64,000 bases of DNA from IMG/VR virus record IMGVR_UViG_3300048919_000175, positions 11,900 to 75,899 of that record. One strand, 5' to 3'. This DNA comes from a virus. Of this stretch, positions 49,371 to 57,982 are shown in pieces (the stretch's first letter is position 1; every line of letters begins with the position of its first letter). A model generated the notes under the pieces. It was not told the origin of the DNA and ran no database searches. It was given only the letters and a program-made list of their open reading frames with translations. Made by a program: the position numbers and the translations under genes.

Positions 49371-49493
49371 TAGCCATCACATGACGAAGTGCGATATGCG
49401 AAGGTCGGCGGTTCGAGCCCGCCCATGCCCGGAAGGCCGTGTAATCTCAGCTGGTAGAGGGTCACATACCGCACGTGCCGTCTGCAGCGGCTA
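49371..49493 (+). ncRNA. YrlA/Y-RNA-like circularly permuted tRNA mimic
   Basis: GACGAAG motif, long stem, AGGTC, T-arm GGCGG-TTCGAGC-CCGCC, acceptor stem closed by GGAA, D-arm TCTC-AGCTGGTA-GAGG. Confidence 0.8.
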
Positions 49494-49501
49494 GTCTCTC
49501 A

Positions 49502-49533
49502 AGGCCCATGGCAACCGGAGCCATGGGCCTTTT
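49502..49533 (+). terminator. Rho-independent terminator of the Y-RNA-like gene
   Basis: AGGCCCATGGC-N7-GCCATGGGCCT-TTT. Confidence 0.8.
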
Positions 49534-49561
49534 GCATTTACAGAACGATCAGGAGCAAACA

Positions 49562-49948
49562 ATGAGCGATAACTACCAAGCAATCTACGACGCAGTGCGA
49601 TCGAGGTTCAGCAATGTCGACGCCAACCAGATCATTCGCGAGCATGTCTCCATGCTGACCAACTCTGCCGGTCATGCCCTCGACATGGCCCGAGCCAATT
49701 TCGATAGCATGCTAGGGGAGCATCAGCGCCCTTCTGTGCTTTATCGGCCAACGCTGACGCAAGACGGCGATCACTGGCTCGCGATCTATGGTGATTTGCA
49801 ATCCGGCGTCGTTGGGGCCGGTCGCACTCCCGCTCAAGCCATGCAGGCGTTCGATCAAGCTTGGCACAAGCCCGCCGTGGCACCACCCAAGCTAAAGCCG
49901 AACAACTGGCGCGCTCCGCCTCCGCCGAAAGAAAGTTTCATACCATGA
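49562..49948 (+). CDS. Hypothetical protein
   Basis: AGGAG RBS; GVVGAGRTPAQAMQAFD. Confidence 0.65.
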   Translation: MSDNYQAIYDAVRSRFSNVDANQIIREHVSMLTNSAGHALDMARANFDSMLGEHQRPSVLYRPTLTQDGDHWLAIYGDLQSGVVGAGRTPAQAMQAFDQAWHKPAVAPPKLKPNNWRAPPPPKESFIP

Positions 49949-50503
49949 ACATGGACTATAACACACTAGGCGAGCTCGGCGCGGCAGGCTTCATGATTGG
50001 AGTGTTCCTGTTGTTCCTCCTATTCGCAATTTTCAAGTACGGACCTTAATTATGCCGATGAACGAAGACGAGCTTTACACTCTACTGGAAAAGTACATCC
50101 GCTGGGTCTATCTCTGCGAAGGCACAACATTCATCCACGACCACGGCTCAGAAGAATACTTCTCCAAGGAAGAGCTTGAACAGCTACTTCATTTCTACAA
50201 GAAGCTCAGGGAAGAGTAGCATGGACGCATTTACGATCATAACGCTTATAATCGGCTTGCTCTTGGACTGCATCATCATTGCCGCCTATTTAAAGTCGAA
50301 GCTGTGAAGGACATCCAATGCCCCACTTCACATTCTGGATTATCTTTCTGCCGATGCTGGCGTTTTGGCTCGGGTGTCTCAAGGCCCGTCGCTCAAGTCG
50401 TCGGAGTGAGGATTGCGAGGACTAAGTCATGACACCGCTTAACCCCTGCCAGTTTCGTGAGGTTAAAGCTTGTCAAATAGCTGCGTGGCAGGTAGCATTC
50501 TGA

Positions 50504-50600
50504 GGCACACTGAAATGTTATCCCCTTCCTCCCGGAAGTTTGCATATTCATTGTTCTCCTGAATTAGCCCGCTGTCGTACCCCGGCAGCGGGTCTTTTAT
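50504..50600 (+). ncRNA. Candidate anti-Shine-Dalgarno small RNA (~95 nt)
   Basis: TTGTCA-N17-TAGCAT promoter (50470-50498), CU-rich loops, terminator 50568-50598. Confidence 0.6.
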
Positions 50601-50607
50601 TTTCCAC

Positions 50608-50636
50608 TTGCCTTTGGTAAAATACCTTGTAGTTTA
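50608..50636 (+). promoter_or_regulatory. Promoter/operator copy 5 upstream of the large ncRNA
   Basis: TTGCCT-N16-TAGTTT overlapped by TAAAATACCTTGTAGTTTA. Confidence 0.55.
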
Positions 50637-50640
50637 GGTT

Positions 50641-51185
50641 CCACTCGCTGCACTGCCTTTGGGGTTCACGGATCCCTCAGTCTTGCAGCCGCGCAGGTGG
50701 TGCAGCGAGCCAGTCGGCAGGGCTGGGAAGTTCAGGCGTGACCCGCGCCTCAGTTTAAAACCGCAAGGTCTGAAAGATGTTGACATCAGGGTGGAGATTT
50801 ACGAGGGCCTTCGGGCCGCTGTGACATGGTCTTACGGCTTGAGCCATGTCCGGGAAAAGAGCGAGCCGTCCCGCGACCGTGACTATCGGTGTTAGGAAGC
50901 GGGTTAGTTTCAGAGATGCGACGTAGGGCTACCAAACCATACCGAGCATAGTAGCAGGTCCGGTTCATTTTACAGGATGGACCGGACCTGTTCGTTTCAG
51001 CGGCGGATTTCCACTCTCCGCCGCGTGGTTGGTATGGCCTCGTCAGCTGGACCAACTGCCCCACCCTCCGTGCCGCATGGAGGGAAGTCGCCGTCCGGGC
51101 TACCGCCTTTGTCCGGGAAAGAAGGTTGGGTCCGATCCTCGTCGGGCGAGAGCGCTGAGCGACCAGCACCCAACCGCGCTCCACT
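50641..51185 (+). ncRNA. Large (~540 nt) highly structured RNA of unassigned family
   Basis: More than 12 helices incl. long-range pairings, GCAA and UUCG tetraloops, G-U-containing stems; no credible ORF. Confidence 0.7.
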
Positions 51186-51201
51186 ATTGATGAGGGACAA
51201 T

Positions 51202-51645
51202 GTGTCTGAGAATAATCTATGGCTTGAGCCGCAAATCACAACAGAACCAATCGAGGGAGCTGATAGATTTATCACATCCCGCCCGCCTGCAGTAGATGAT
51301 TTGGTCTATCAGGCGTATACTAGAGGATACGCCAAGCAGGGTCTTCAGGACGCCATGCTTGAATATCAAGTGTGTGGCCCGAGCTATTGGTTCGATGAAG
51401 CCACGTCGCTTAATGCGTGGACCGAGGAATACATCACGGCCCGGCGCGTAGAAGATTTCCGCAAGCAGTATATGCAGGAATGGCCGGACGATCGCCCATG
51501 GCGCGAGGCCGAACGCGAATTCACGCGCATGATCGAGGGCGGCTACACGCGGACCCAAATCCGCAAGATTTTCCTGAATTACTATCCAACAATGACCAAC
51601 GTCGATGTCAATCGGATGCTGGCCAAATACGAGGAGGCCAAGTGA
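51202..51645 (+). CDS. Hypothetical protein
   Basis: GAGGGA RBS, GTG start inferred. Confidence 0.5.
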   Translation: MSENNLWLEPQITTEPIEGADRFITSRPPAVDDLVYQAYTRGYAKQGLQDAMLEYQVCGPSYWFDEATSLNAWTEEYITARRVEDFRKQYMQEWPDDRPWREAEREFTRMIEGGYTRTQIRKIFLNYYPTMTNVDVNRMLAKYEEAK

Positions 51646-51763
51646 TCAGGTACGTTATCAACAAGCGCGTTGGCGGCGGGATCATCATTCGCTGGACCCC
51701 GGCCACGTTCGGCGGCTGGCATAGCCGGTTCTGGCTGATCAACAGCCTAGAGGAATGGAGCGC

Positions 51764-52099
51764 ATGAGCTACGAGCTTGTCAACGAAAACGAGCGCGACC
51801 CCAACAAGGTCTCTGCAAAGGGGACTTTTCTGCTCTATTCTTCGTTAGAACGCGACTTTGGGGCCAATATCGACCTCGCGCCAGACCTTGCGCCGGATGT
51901 CTTTGGGCTCGGCGAGGCTACCCATTTCGACAGTGCCAAGGACCCCGGCTATGTCTGGGTCTGGTTTTCAAATGGCAACATGTTGCGGGTCCCGATCGAC
52001 ATGTTCAAGGATTTGCGCTTCAAACTCGACGAAAACATGCGCGATGGCGACCAATATGTCTTTCAATCGCGCGGGTTCACCAAAGGGATGCTCAAATGA
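51764..52099 (+). CDS. Hypothetical protein
   Basis: GGAG RBS. Confidence 0.5.
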   Translation: MSYELVNENERDPNKVSAKGTFLLYSSLERDFGANIDLAPDLAPDVFGLGEATHFDSAKDPGYVWVWFSNGNMLRVPIDMFKDLRFKLDENMRDGDQYVFQSRGFTKGMLK

Positions 52100-52386
52100 A
52101 GGTGAAAATGACCTTCACTGACAAGGTCGATTGCACAATTTTCGGCAATCTAGTCGGGTTGCGCCGCCAAGGTACCGAGAAAGCCTTCGTCGAAGCCAAG
52201 TTCGAGACCGGCGTAATTATGATTTTGCCGCTCACGCACTTCATGAAGTGCTATGTCACCATGACAGAGCGCGGTCGGGAACGCATGAAGCAGAACATTC
52301 ACGAATATCTTACTGAGGTGGAGGACGGGAAAGCAACTTTTATACCAACTGACGACGATCTTGAGTTCGCGAGGCAGTTTCTATGA
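52096..52386 (+). CDS. Hypothetical protein
   Basis: Coupled ORF. Confidence 0.5.
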   Translation: MKVKMTFTDKVDCTIFGNLVGLRRQGTEKAFVEAKFETGVIMILPLTHFMKCYVTMTERGRERMKQNIHEYLTEVEDGKATFIPTDDDLEFARQFL

Positions 52387-52549
52387 GCCATTTCCTAACT
52401 TTTGCTAGTTGGATATGCATTCTCAGCTCATTTTTCATGGTAGAAACCTACGATCGTGCGCGATCTAGGGCTTCGAACCTCCTATTGATCCCCGCGATGC
52501 GGTGCCTGTACGTTAGCGCGGCCTGCATGGGCGCAGAGAGGTTACTGTA

Positions 52550-53053
52550 ATGCCGAAGATGGCTAAAAGCTTTGATGACCTAGACAACGGCCCTTCGGTC
52601 AAGCTTAAACAGGACGAAATCGACTACAAGCGGTTCATTATCGACTGCTATCCGTTCTGGTCGTGCCCTTACGAACCCGGCTTGGGGTCGAAGACCGGCT
52701 ATCCGGACCTACAGTTGATGGAAGACCGCTCGAAACAGTTGCTACCAGTTGAACTCAAAGTTGGAGTTTTGAAAAATGGTCGCATTTTTCCGAGAGAGGT
52801 CAGACCCTCCCAAGTCACATGGCATTACGAATTCGCTAAGGCGGGTGGTCGCGCTTGTCTGCTTACTGGCACTAAGCTCAGTGGGCGTTGGGTCGGTTAT
52901 GCTGTTCCAGGTTTTTGGGCCGAACACTGGCGGTTGGGTTATCCTATCGCTGATTGCTTCTTCATGGATAGCGCTAACCCTGTGCGCGATCTTTGCGAAA
53001 TAGTTGATGTTTTCCTCAATCCGGAGGCTCATCGGCGCTTGCCTAGTGAGTAA
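52550..53053 (+). CDS. VRR-NUC / PD-(D/E)XK nuclease (resolvase-like)
   Basis: GYPDL...VELK...VRPSQ..WH....AGG. Confidence 0.75.
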   Translation: MPKMAKSFDDLDNGPSVKLKQDEIDYKRFIIDCYPFWSCPYEPGLGSKTGYPDLQLMEDRSKQLLPVELKVGVLKNGRIFPREVRPSQVTWHYEFAKAGGRACLLTGTKLSGRWVGYAVPGFWAEHWRLGYPIADCFFMDSANPVRDLCEIVDVFLNPEAHRRLPSE

Positions 53054-53095
53054 CGGCCCTATATAGTCAACTCCGGACACTCGGAGTAGCTATCA

Positions 53096-53665
53096 GTGGA
53101 CGACGTATCAACTATTGGTCTCAAAGACATCTTTGAAGCAGGCACCGCCATCGAAGTCAAGTTCGATGAGGGGCTGGCACGCCAATTTCTTGCGTACCTC
53201 GTCGACGGTATGTCCGAAAAGAACGCCATTGCTCAGGTAGATGGCCTCACCAGCTATCGGGTCAAGCAGTGGCGCGTCAGTCTCGAGCGCTTCGAGCAGA
53301 TGTATCAGTTCGCGCTGCGCGAGCGCTCGTATGCGCAGCTGGACGAAATCCTGGAAATTGCCGAAGACGCCACCGATGACGCCGTCATGGGCGCTACCGG
53401 TCCGACGATCAACGGCAAGGCCATCCGCCGCGCCGAACTGCAGATCAACGTCCGCAAATGGATGATGGGCAAGATGCTGCCCAAGGTCTTCGGTGACAAG
53501 TCGCAGATGGAACTCACCGGCGCGGATGGCAAGGACCTTGCCCCGGCTACCATCAATATCGGTCTGATCCCGACCGGCTCCTTCATCTCGGAGGATGCCG
53601 CACGGCAGCAGAACGATGCACTGAGAGATGATGACGATGCCCCGCCAGCGTCGTCCGAAGGTTGA
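53096..53665 (+). CDS. Terminase small subunit
   Basis: DEILEIAED...RRAELQINVRKWMMGKMLPKVFGDK..ELTGADG (Sf6/P22-like TerS pattern). Confidence 0.85.
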   Translation: MDDVSTIGLKDIFEAGTAIEVKFDEGLARQFLAYLVDGMSEKNAIAQVDGLTSYRVKQWRVSLERFEQMYQFALRERSYAQLDEILEIAEDATDDAVMGATGPTINGKAIRRAELQINVRKWMMGKMLPKVFGDKSQMELTGADGKDLAPATINIGLIPTGSFISEDAARQQNDALRDDDDAPPASSEG

Positions 53666-54281
53666 AGTCCAAGCTGCATTGCGCCAGCTCGGCGATCCCT
53701 CCCTACCGGACAAAGTGATAGACGCCCGCCCACCGAGCAACGTTTTGTTGGGGCCGGAGGTTGAAGATCGGCCTCCAGCCGCAGAAAAGTTCACACGCGC
53801 TCGTAATGTTCAGACTGGCTTCAAGGCCAACGCATATCCGCCACAAGAAGGTGGACTAGAATACTATCAAATCCCGGCTGGCGAAGATAATGACCGCAGA
53901 TGTCAGGATATATTCGACTTCGCGCAAAGAGCCTTGCAGCGCAGGACCATTGATGCTAGGGTTCAGCAAGCGTTGGACAGCCGGATAAAGCCGCCAGAAG
54001 ATATAACCGCTGCCGACATCATGTACACGCTCGCACTCTACGGCGGGCGGATCGAGGTCAAGAACTTCGGCACCTTCTACGTCAAGGAACTTCCCGGTTA
54101 TTGGAAGTTCACCAAGAACCAGAAGCAACAATACTTCGTCCCCGGCAGGCGCGTGGTCCAGTTCTTCCCTTCCGAAGTGCTGAAATCGTTGACTAACGAG
54201 GACTATTATAGCCAATCGATCAGTGAGCCTACTCCGAACAAATCATTCTTTGTGGAGCGGCGGAACATGATCCTAGAGTAG
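53628..54281 (+). CDS. HU/IHF-like DNA-binding protein with N-terminal extension
   Basis: GGRIEVKNFGTF.V...VPGRRVVQFFPS..LK. Confidence 0.7.
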   Translation: MMTMPRQRRPKVEVQAALRQLGDPSLPDKVIDARPPSNVLLGPEVEDRPPAAEKFTRARNVQTGFKANAYPPQEGGLEYYQIPAGEDNDRRCQDIFDFAQRALQRRTIDARVQQALDSRIKPPEDITAADIMYTLALYGGRIEVKNFGTFYVKELPGYWKFTKNQKQQYFVPGRRVVQFFPSEVLKSLTNEDYYSQSISEPTPNKSFFVERRNMILE

Positions 54282-54335
54282 GCTCGGGGCGTAATTGGCT
54301 GGCCCTTGCTCCGGGTCGATAATTTGGAGCGGGAT

Positions 54336-55985
54336 ATGGTAGCGATTGTCGGATGCAGACCGGTTTGTGAAGAGATCGAGCCGGTATCGCTACCGGGCAA
54401 CGACATGCCAGCCCCTCCCGGACCGTCCGGTAGCGGCAATAACATTCCCGACTTCGACCCTTCACAGAGCTATGACTTCCCAGAAGTCGTCGTGCACAAT
54501 GGCGTCATTTACCGAGCCTTGGGACCGATCGCCCCTGGACCATTTGACCCGGCCGATTGGGAAGCGCTGGACAATTCCGGCGGCGGCGCAACAGTCGTCA
54601 CAGAAGATACAGCGACCGCCACCATCGGCGGCGACGGCTCGGCCGGAGACCCACTGACCGTTGACGTCAATGTTCAGGCATTGACCAAGTGGGGCGCAGG
54701 GCAGCTCATCCACGTTGATGCAATTCGCGGTGTCGATGCGCTCACCCAAGATGCATCGATCTTCATGCCGTATCAGACGGTCGGCTTTGCGCTTGCGCAG
54801 GCGGAGACTTCTGACGTCATCCTGCTCGCGCCCGGCACCTATGTAGAAAACGTCGCATTTGTATCAGACGTCGTCGTGCAGGGCTTCGGCCCGAACGATG
54901 CCAACCCTGTGATCATTCGCGGTCATCACACGATCGGCGACGGCATTGCTCGCGTGCGGCTCAAGGACCTACAGCTAGTCGGCACGGCTGGAGCTCCGGC
55001 GCTGGTTGTCGCGAACTCGGCTGGATCGCATACGCTCGACAACGTCTCCATCAGCCATGCAGACGGACCAACGGCCACGGCTGTTCAGTTTACCGGCAAC
55101 AATCAGAGCTTCATGACGCTCAACGATGGTTCCATTGCCGGTGTCTTATCTCTGCAAGACCCGCTACAGGTCTCAGCGTTCGCGCTGATCTTGCGCGGTG
55201 GCTCAGAGCCAACGACAGTTCTGTTCAACAGCGCCCCGGTGCAGCTCTCTATCATCGATCACATCCGGCTCGGCAAGATCACGCACGGCGCTGGTCTGCT
55301 GTTGATCGACAGCATTGGCTATATCATCCAGAATGGCGGCGTCTCGCTCGTCTCGACCGCGAGCGCGGCCAATGGCGCACTGTTCATGAAGAACGTGACC
55401 ACTATCCAGCCGAACGGCAGCTATGGGGCGATCCAGAAGACCGGAACCGCCCCATATATGATGCTTGGGGTCAAGTCCGATCCGCTGGCTGCGGACTTTG
55501 CCGGGCTTAACTTGCTAGGAGATAATGCCAAGCATGTCCATGCTCAGTATCAGCCGGTCAACTACTTCCCGCTATCGGCTTCCGTGCGCGATCATTTAAA
55601 GGCGATCGATGAAGCGCTTCCGTTCAGCGCTGACGGGCGCACAGTCGTACATGAGATCGTGGTTTCGCGCCCCGGTCCAGTTCTGGAAGATCAAATAATC
55701 CTGGATTATGTTGCGTCGAAGCCGATCACGCTTAAAGCTAGTCTTCCCGACATTCAGTACAAGTTCCGTGGTACGGCAGGTCAATCGGTCACGCTCAACC
55801 TGTTCAGGAATGATGTTGCCATTGGTGACATTACGATCGACACAACTTCGATCAACATCAATTTCGCGGTTGATGTTGAGTTCCTCGTAGGAGACGTTTT
55901 CACTGTTTCCGCACTAGAGGATGCAGCATTTTCTAACGTAGCTTTGACGCTTCAGGGCTTGCGTCAACTGGACTTTGTAGCGTAG
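54336..55985 (+). CDS. Virion fibre protein (CBM-like N-terminus, pectin-lyase-like beta-helix)
   Basis: VVHNGVIYRA...W; PYQTV..AL..A...DVI.LAPGTYVE. Confidence 0.6.
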   Translation: MVAIVGCRPVCEEIEPVSLPGNDMPAPPGPSGSGNNIPDFDPSQSYDFPEVVVHNGVIYRALGPIAPGPFDPADWEALDNSGGGATVVTEDTATATIGGDGSAGDPLTVDVNVQALTKWGAGQLIHVDAIRGVDALTQDASIFMPYQTVGFALAQAETSDVILLAPGTYVENVAFVSDVVVQGFGPNDANPVIIRGHHTIGDGIARVRLKDLQLVGTAGAPALVVANSAGSHTLDNVSISHADGPTATAVQFTGNNQSFMTLNDGSIAGVLSLQDPLQVSAFALILRGGSEPTTVLFNSAPVQLSIIDHIRLGKITHGAGLLLIDSIGYIIQNGGVSLVSTASAANGALFMKNVTTIQPNGSYGAIQKTGTAPYMMLGVKSDPLAADFAGLNLLGDNAKHVHAQYQPVNYFPLSASVRDHLKAIDEALPFSADGRTVVHEIVVSRPGPVLEDQIILDYVASKPITLKASLPDIQYKFRGTAGQSVTLNLFRNDVAIGDITIDTTSININFAVDVEFLVGDVFTVSALEDAAFSNVALTLQGLRQLDFVA

Positions 55986-56026
55986 TATTGCGCAATTGGC
56001 GATGAGCCGTCAGAAAAGGAAACCAC

Positions 56027-56452
56027 ATGGTTACGAAAATCCGTAATTCGGCTGCTCGCGCTGCTTGCGACGCCATCAACGCACAGTTCGATCTCGGCTC
56101 TGCCGGTTCCGGTCACCTTCGCCTCTATTCCGGCGTCCGCCCGGCTTCGGTCGTGACTGCCATCACCACGCAGACGCTGCTGGTCGAGTTCATCAATCCA
56201 AATCCGCTGTTCGACCCTTCTGTGCAGGTTTCCGGCGGCGCGCAGGCTTCGGCCAATCTGCCGCCTGACGCGAACGCGCTCGCCACCGATGTTGCCACTT
56301 GGGGCCGCGTGTTCGATCGCGACAACAATGCCGTCGCCGATGTCGATGTGACCGATACCTCCGGCAGCGGCGATGTGAAGCTGGCCAATACCAGCCTCGT
56401 TCTCGGCGTTGCAGTCACGATCGTTTCCTGGGTCGCCACGCATTCGGAATAA
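56027..56452 (+). CDS. Small virion structural protein (paralog of 57983)
   Basis: LRLYSG.RP...T.Q..L...A.W.R shared with 57983..58399. Confidence 0.6.
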   Translation: MVTKIRNSAARAACDAINAQFDLGSAGSGHLRLYSGVRPASVVTAITTQTLLVEFINPNPLFDPSVQVSGGAQASANLPPDANALATDVATWGRVFDRDNNAVADVDVTDTSGSGDVKLANTSLVLGVAVTIVSWVATHSE

Positions 56453-56556
56453 GTCGAGCGATCAGACGGCACAGGGGTTCCGGGTCTAGCACACGGCTAT
56501 AGCGGGTAGACTTCAGTGTTCGTGTCGCCGACGTTTCAATTCAAAGGTGCGGAGCG

Positions 56557-57975
56557 ATGATTTCAGGTAATCCACGTTTGGCAGTATGGACTGCCAGTGA
56601 CAATACGCTCCGCATCTTCGAGCTCGCTAATGACGAGAGCTCGTTCCAGCAGGTTGGCGTCGCCACGATGACGCATTCCGGCTCTGCACCGGATAAACCA
56701 TTCCTTGCCTTCATCTCCGAAGGCACGCGGGTCGCGGGCTTCCACATCGTCAATCTTTCTTCGTTCGGCGGCTCCATCTCTTCGATGTGGGACCTCAGCG
56801 GCGTACTGATCCAGGACGCGAACGTACCGACCCTGAACAATGGTATCTTCAAGGGCGCTATCACTCCCGATAGCAATCTGTGGATCATCATGAATACGTT
56901 CAACACCATTCCCAATTCGATGAAGGCGGCTGAGCTCGGCTGGCAGAACCAGCAGAACATTGTCGGCAATGCGGATTTCTCCGTGGTCGCTGCCTCCGAA
57001 AAGAATTTGTTCTTGGGGCTGGCTGCTAACCAGTCAATGATCTATCATGCCGACAGCGTCAACCCGACCTATGGCACGCCGATCTTTACGCCTTCTGACG
57101 TCCTTGGCGACATGGCGATTAGACCAGATGTTGCCGCGTTCACGCCGAATGCACTGTGGCTGATCGCTGCTGAGGACACGACCATTGAAGTCTGGTCCGT
57201 TATTGACGAGACCTATGATATAGCCAGCCGCATCAATGAGCCCGGCGTCGGGAACGCAGTTGCGATTTCCATTCGATACGACAGCAAGTGGATTGCAATC
57301 AGCTTTAATAATGCGGGCGTCTATACGACTTGCGTCTACGAGCGCGTTGGCGGCTACCTGAAGAAGCGCCAAACGATCAACACTTTCGGCAAGACCCTGC
57401 AATGGACGGCTGATGGTCGCTATCTGCTCGACAGCGGGCAGAAAAAGGCCCGTTTGCGTGCCGAAGACGGCTCTTTCAGCAATGCCGACGCCATCATGAC
57501 CAACCTTCCGGCAACGATCATTGTTGACGCTGTTTCCGACCATGTGGCGCAGCCTGTACCCTTTGCCAACCTGTACAGCGCGGCTATACAGGCGTTCTCT
57601 TTGCAGACAGCTGACACAGCGGCCATGAAGCTTGCGCTTCTGGACAATACTTACGTCTTTGATGCGCAAGCGGGCTCGGCGGCGACCATCCTCGCGGCAG
57701 TTGAGGTTGACGGGAACAACTGGCCTGCCGGTGGCGTGCTGATGAGCAACGTCGCATATGCTGCCGGGCCGGGTGATCTAGCATCTATTACGTTCGACCC
57801 GGTCGAACAGATCGTGACGCAAGGCGGACTGACATATCAGTCGATCTTGATTTACGACGAAACCAATGACACGCCTCTGGTCTACGTCACATTTGGCGAA
57901 GATATTGTCGTGCCTTCCAATGTCACGGTGACCATCGCGAGCGCAGACGGCACCCTCCTGAAGTTCGTTACGTGA
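56557..57975 (+). CDS. Beta-propeller-containing virion protein
   Basis: WD40-like blades (AFTPNA.WL, WTADGRYL) + C-terminal MKLALL...ITFD domain. Confidence 0.55.
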   Translation: MISGNPRLAVWTASDNTLRIFELANDESSFQQVGVATMTHSGSAPDKPFLAFISEGTRVAGFHIVNLSSFGGSISSMWDLSGVLIQDANVPTLNNGIFKGAITPDSNLWIIMNTFNTIPNSMKAAELGWQNQQNIVGNADFSVVAASEKNLFLGLAANQSMIYHADSVNPTYGTPIFTPSDVLGDMAIRPDVAAFTPNALWLIAAEDTTIEVWSVIDETYDIASRINEPGVGNAVAISIRYDSKWIAISFNNAGVYTTCVYERVGGYLKKRQTINTFGKTLQWTADGRYLLDSGQKKARLRAEDGSFSNADAIMTNLPATIIVDAVSDHVAQPVPFANLYSAAIQAFSLQTADTAAMKLALLDNTYVFDAQAGSAATILAAVEVDGNNWPAGGVLMSNVAYAAGPGDLASITFDPVEQIVTQGGLTYQSILIYDETNDTPLVYVTFGEDIVVPSNVTVTIASADGTLLKFVT

Positions 57976-57982
57976 GGTCGCT

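Noticed and set aside
49402-49474. Canonical tRNA gene or two-piece tmRNA
   Set aside because: The T-arm precedes the D-arm, there is no anticodon loop or CCA, the acceptor is closed by a tetraloop, and there is no tag reading frame.
51078-51155. RNase P RNA (GGAAGTC..GTCCGGGCT and GAGAGCGC resemble conserved pieces)
   Set aside because: The matches are short, lie at the 3' end of the element, and the complementary 3' P4 strand is not evident.
50659-51201. ORFs across the large structured region (50659 +, 50786 -, 5' extension of 50977)
   Set aside because: No RBS and atypical composition; better explained by RNA structure.
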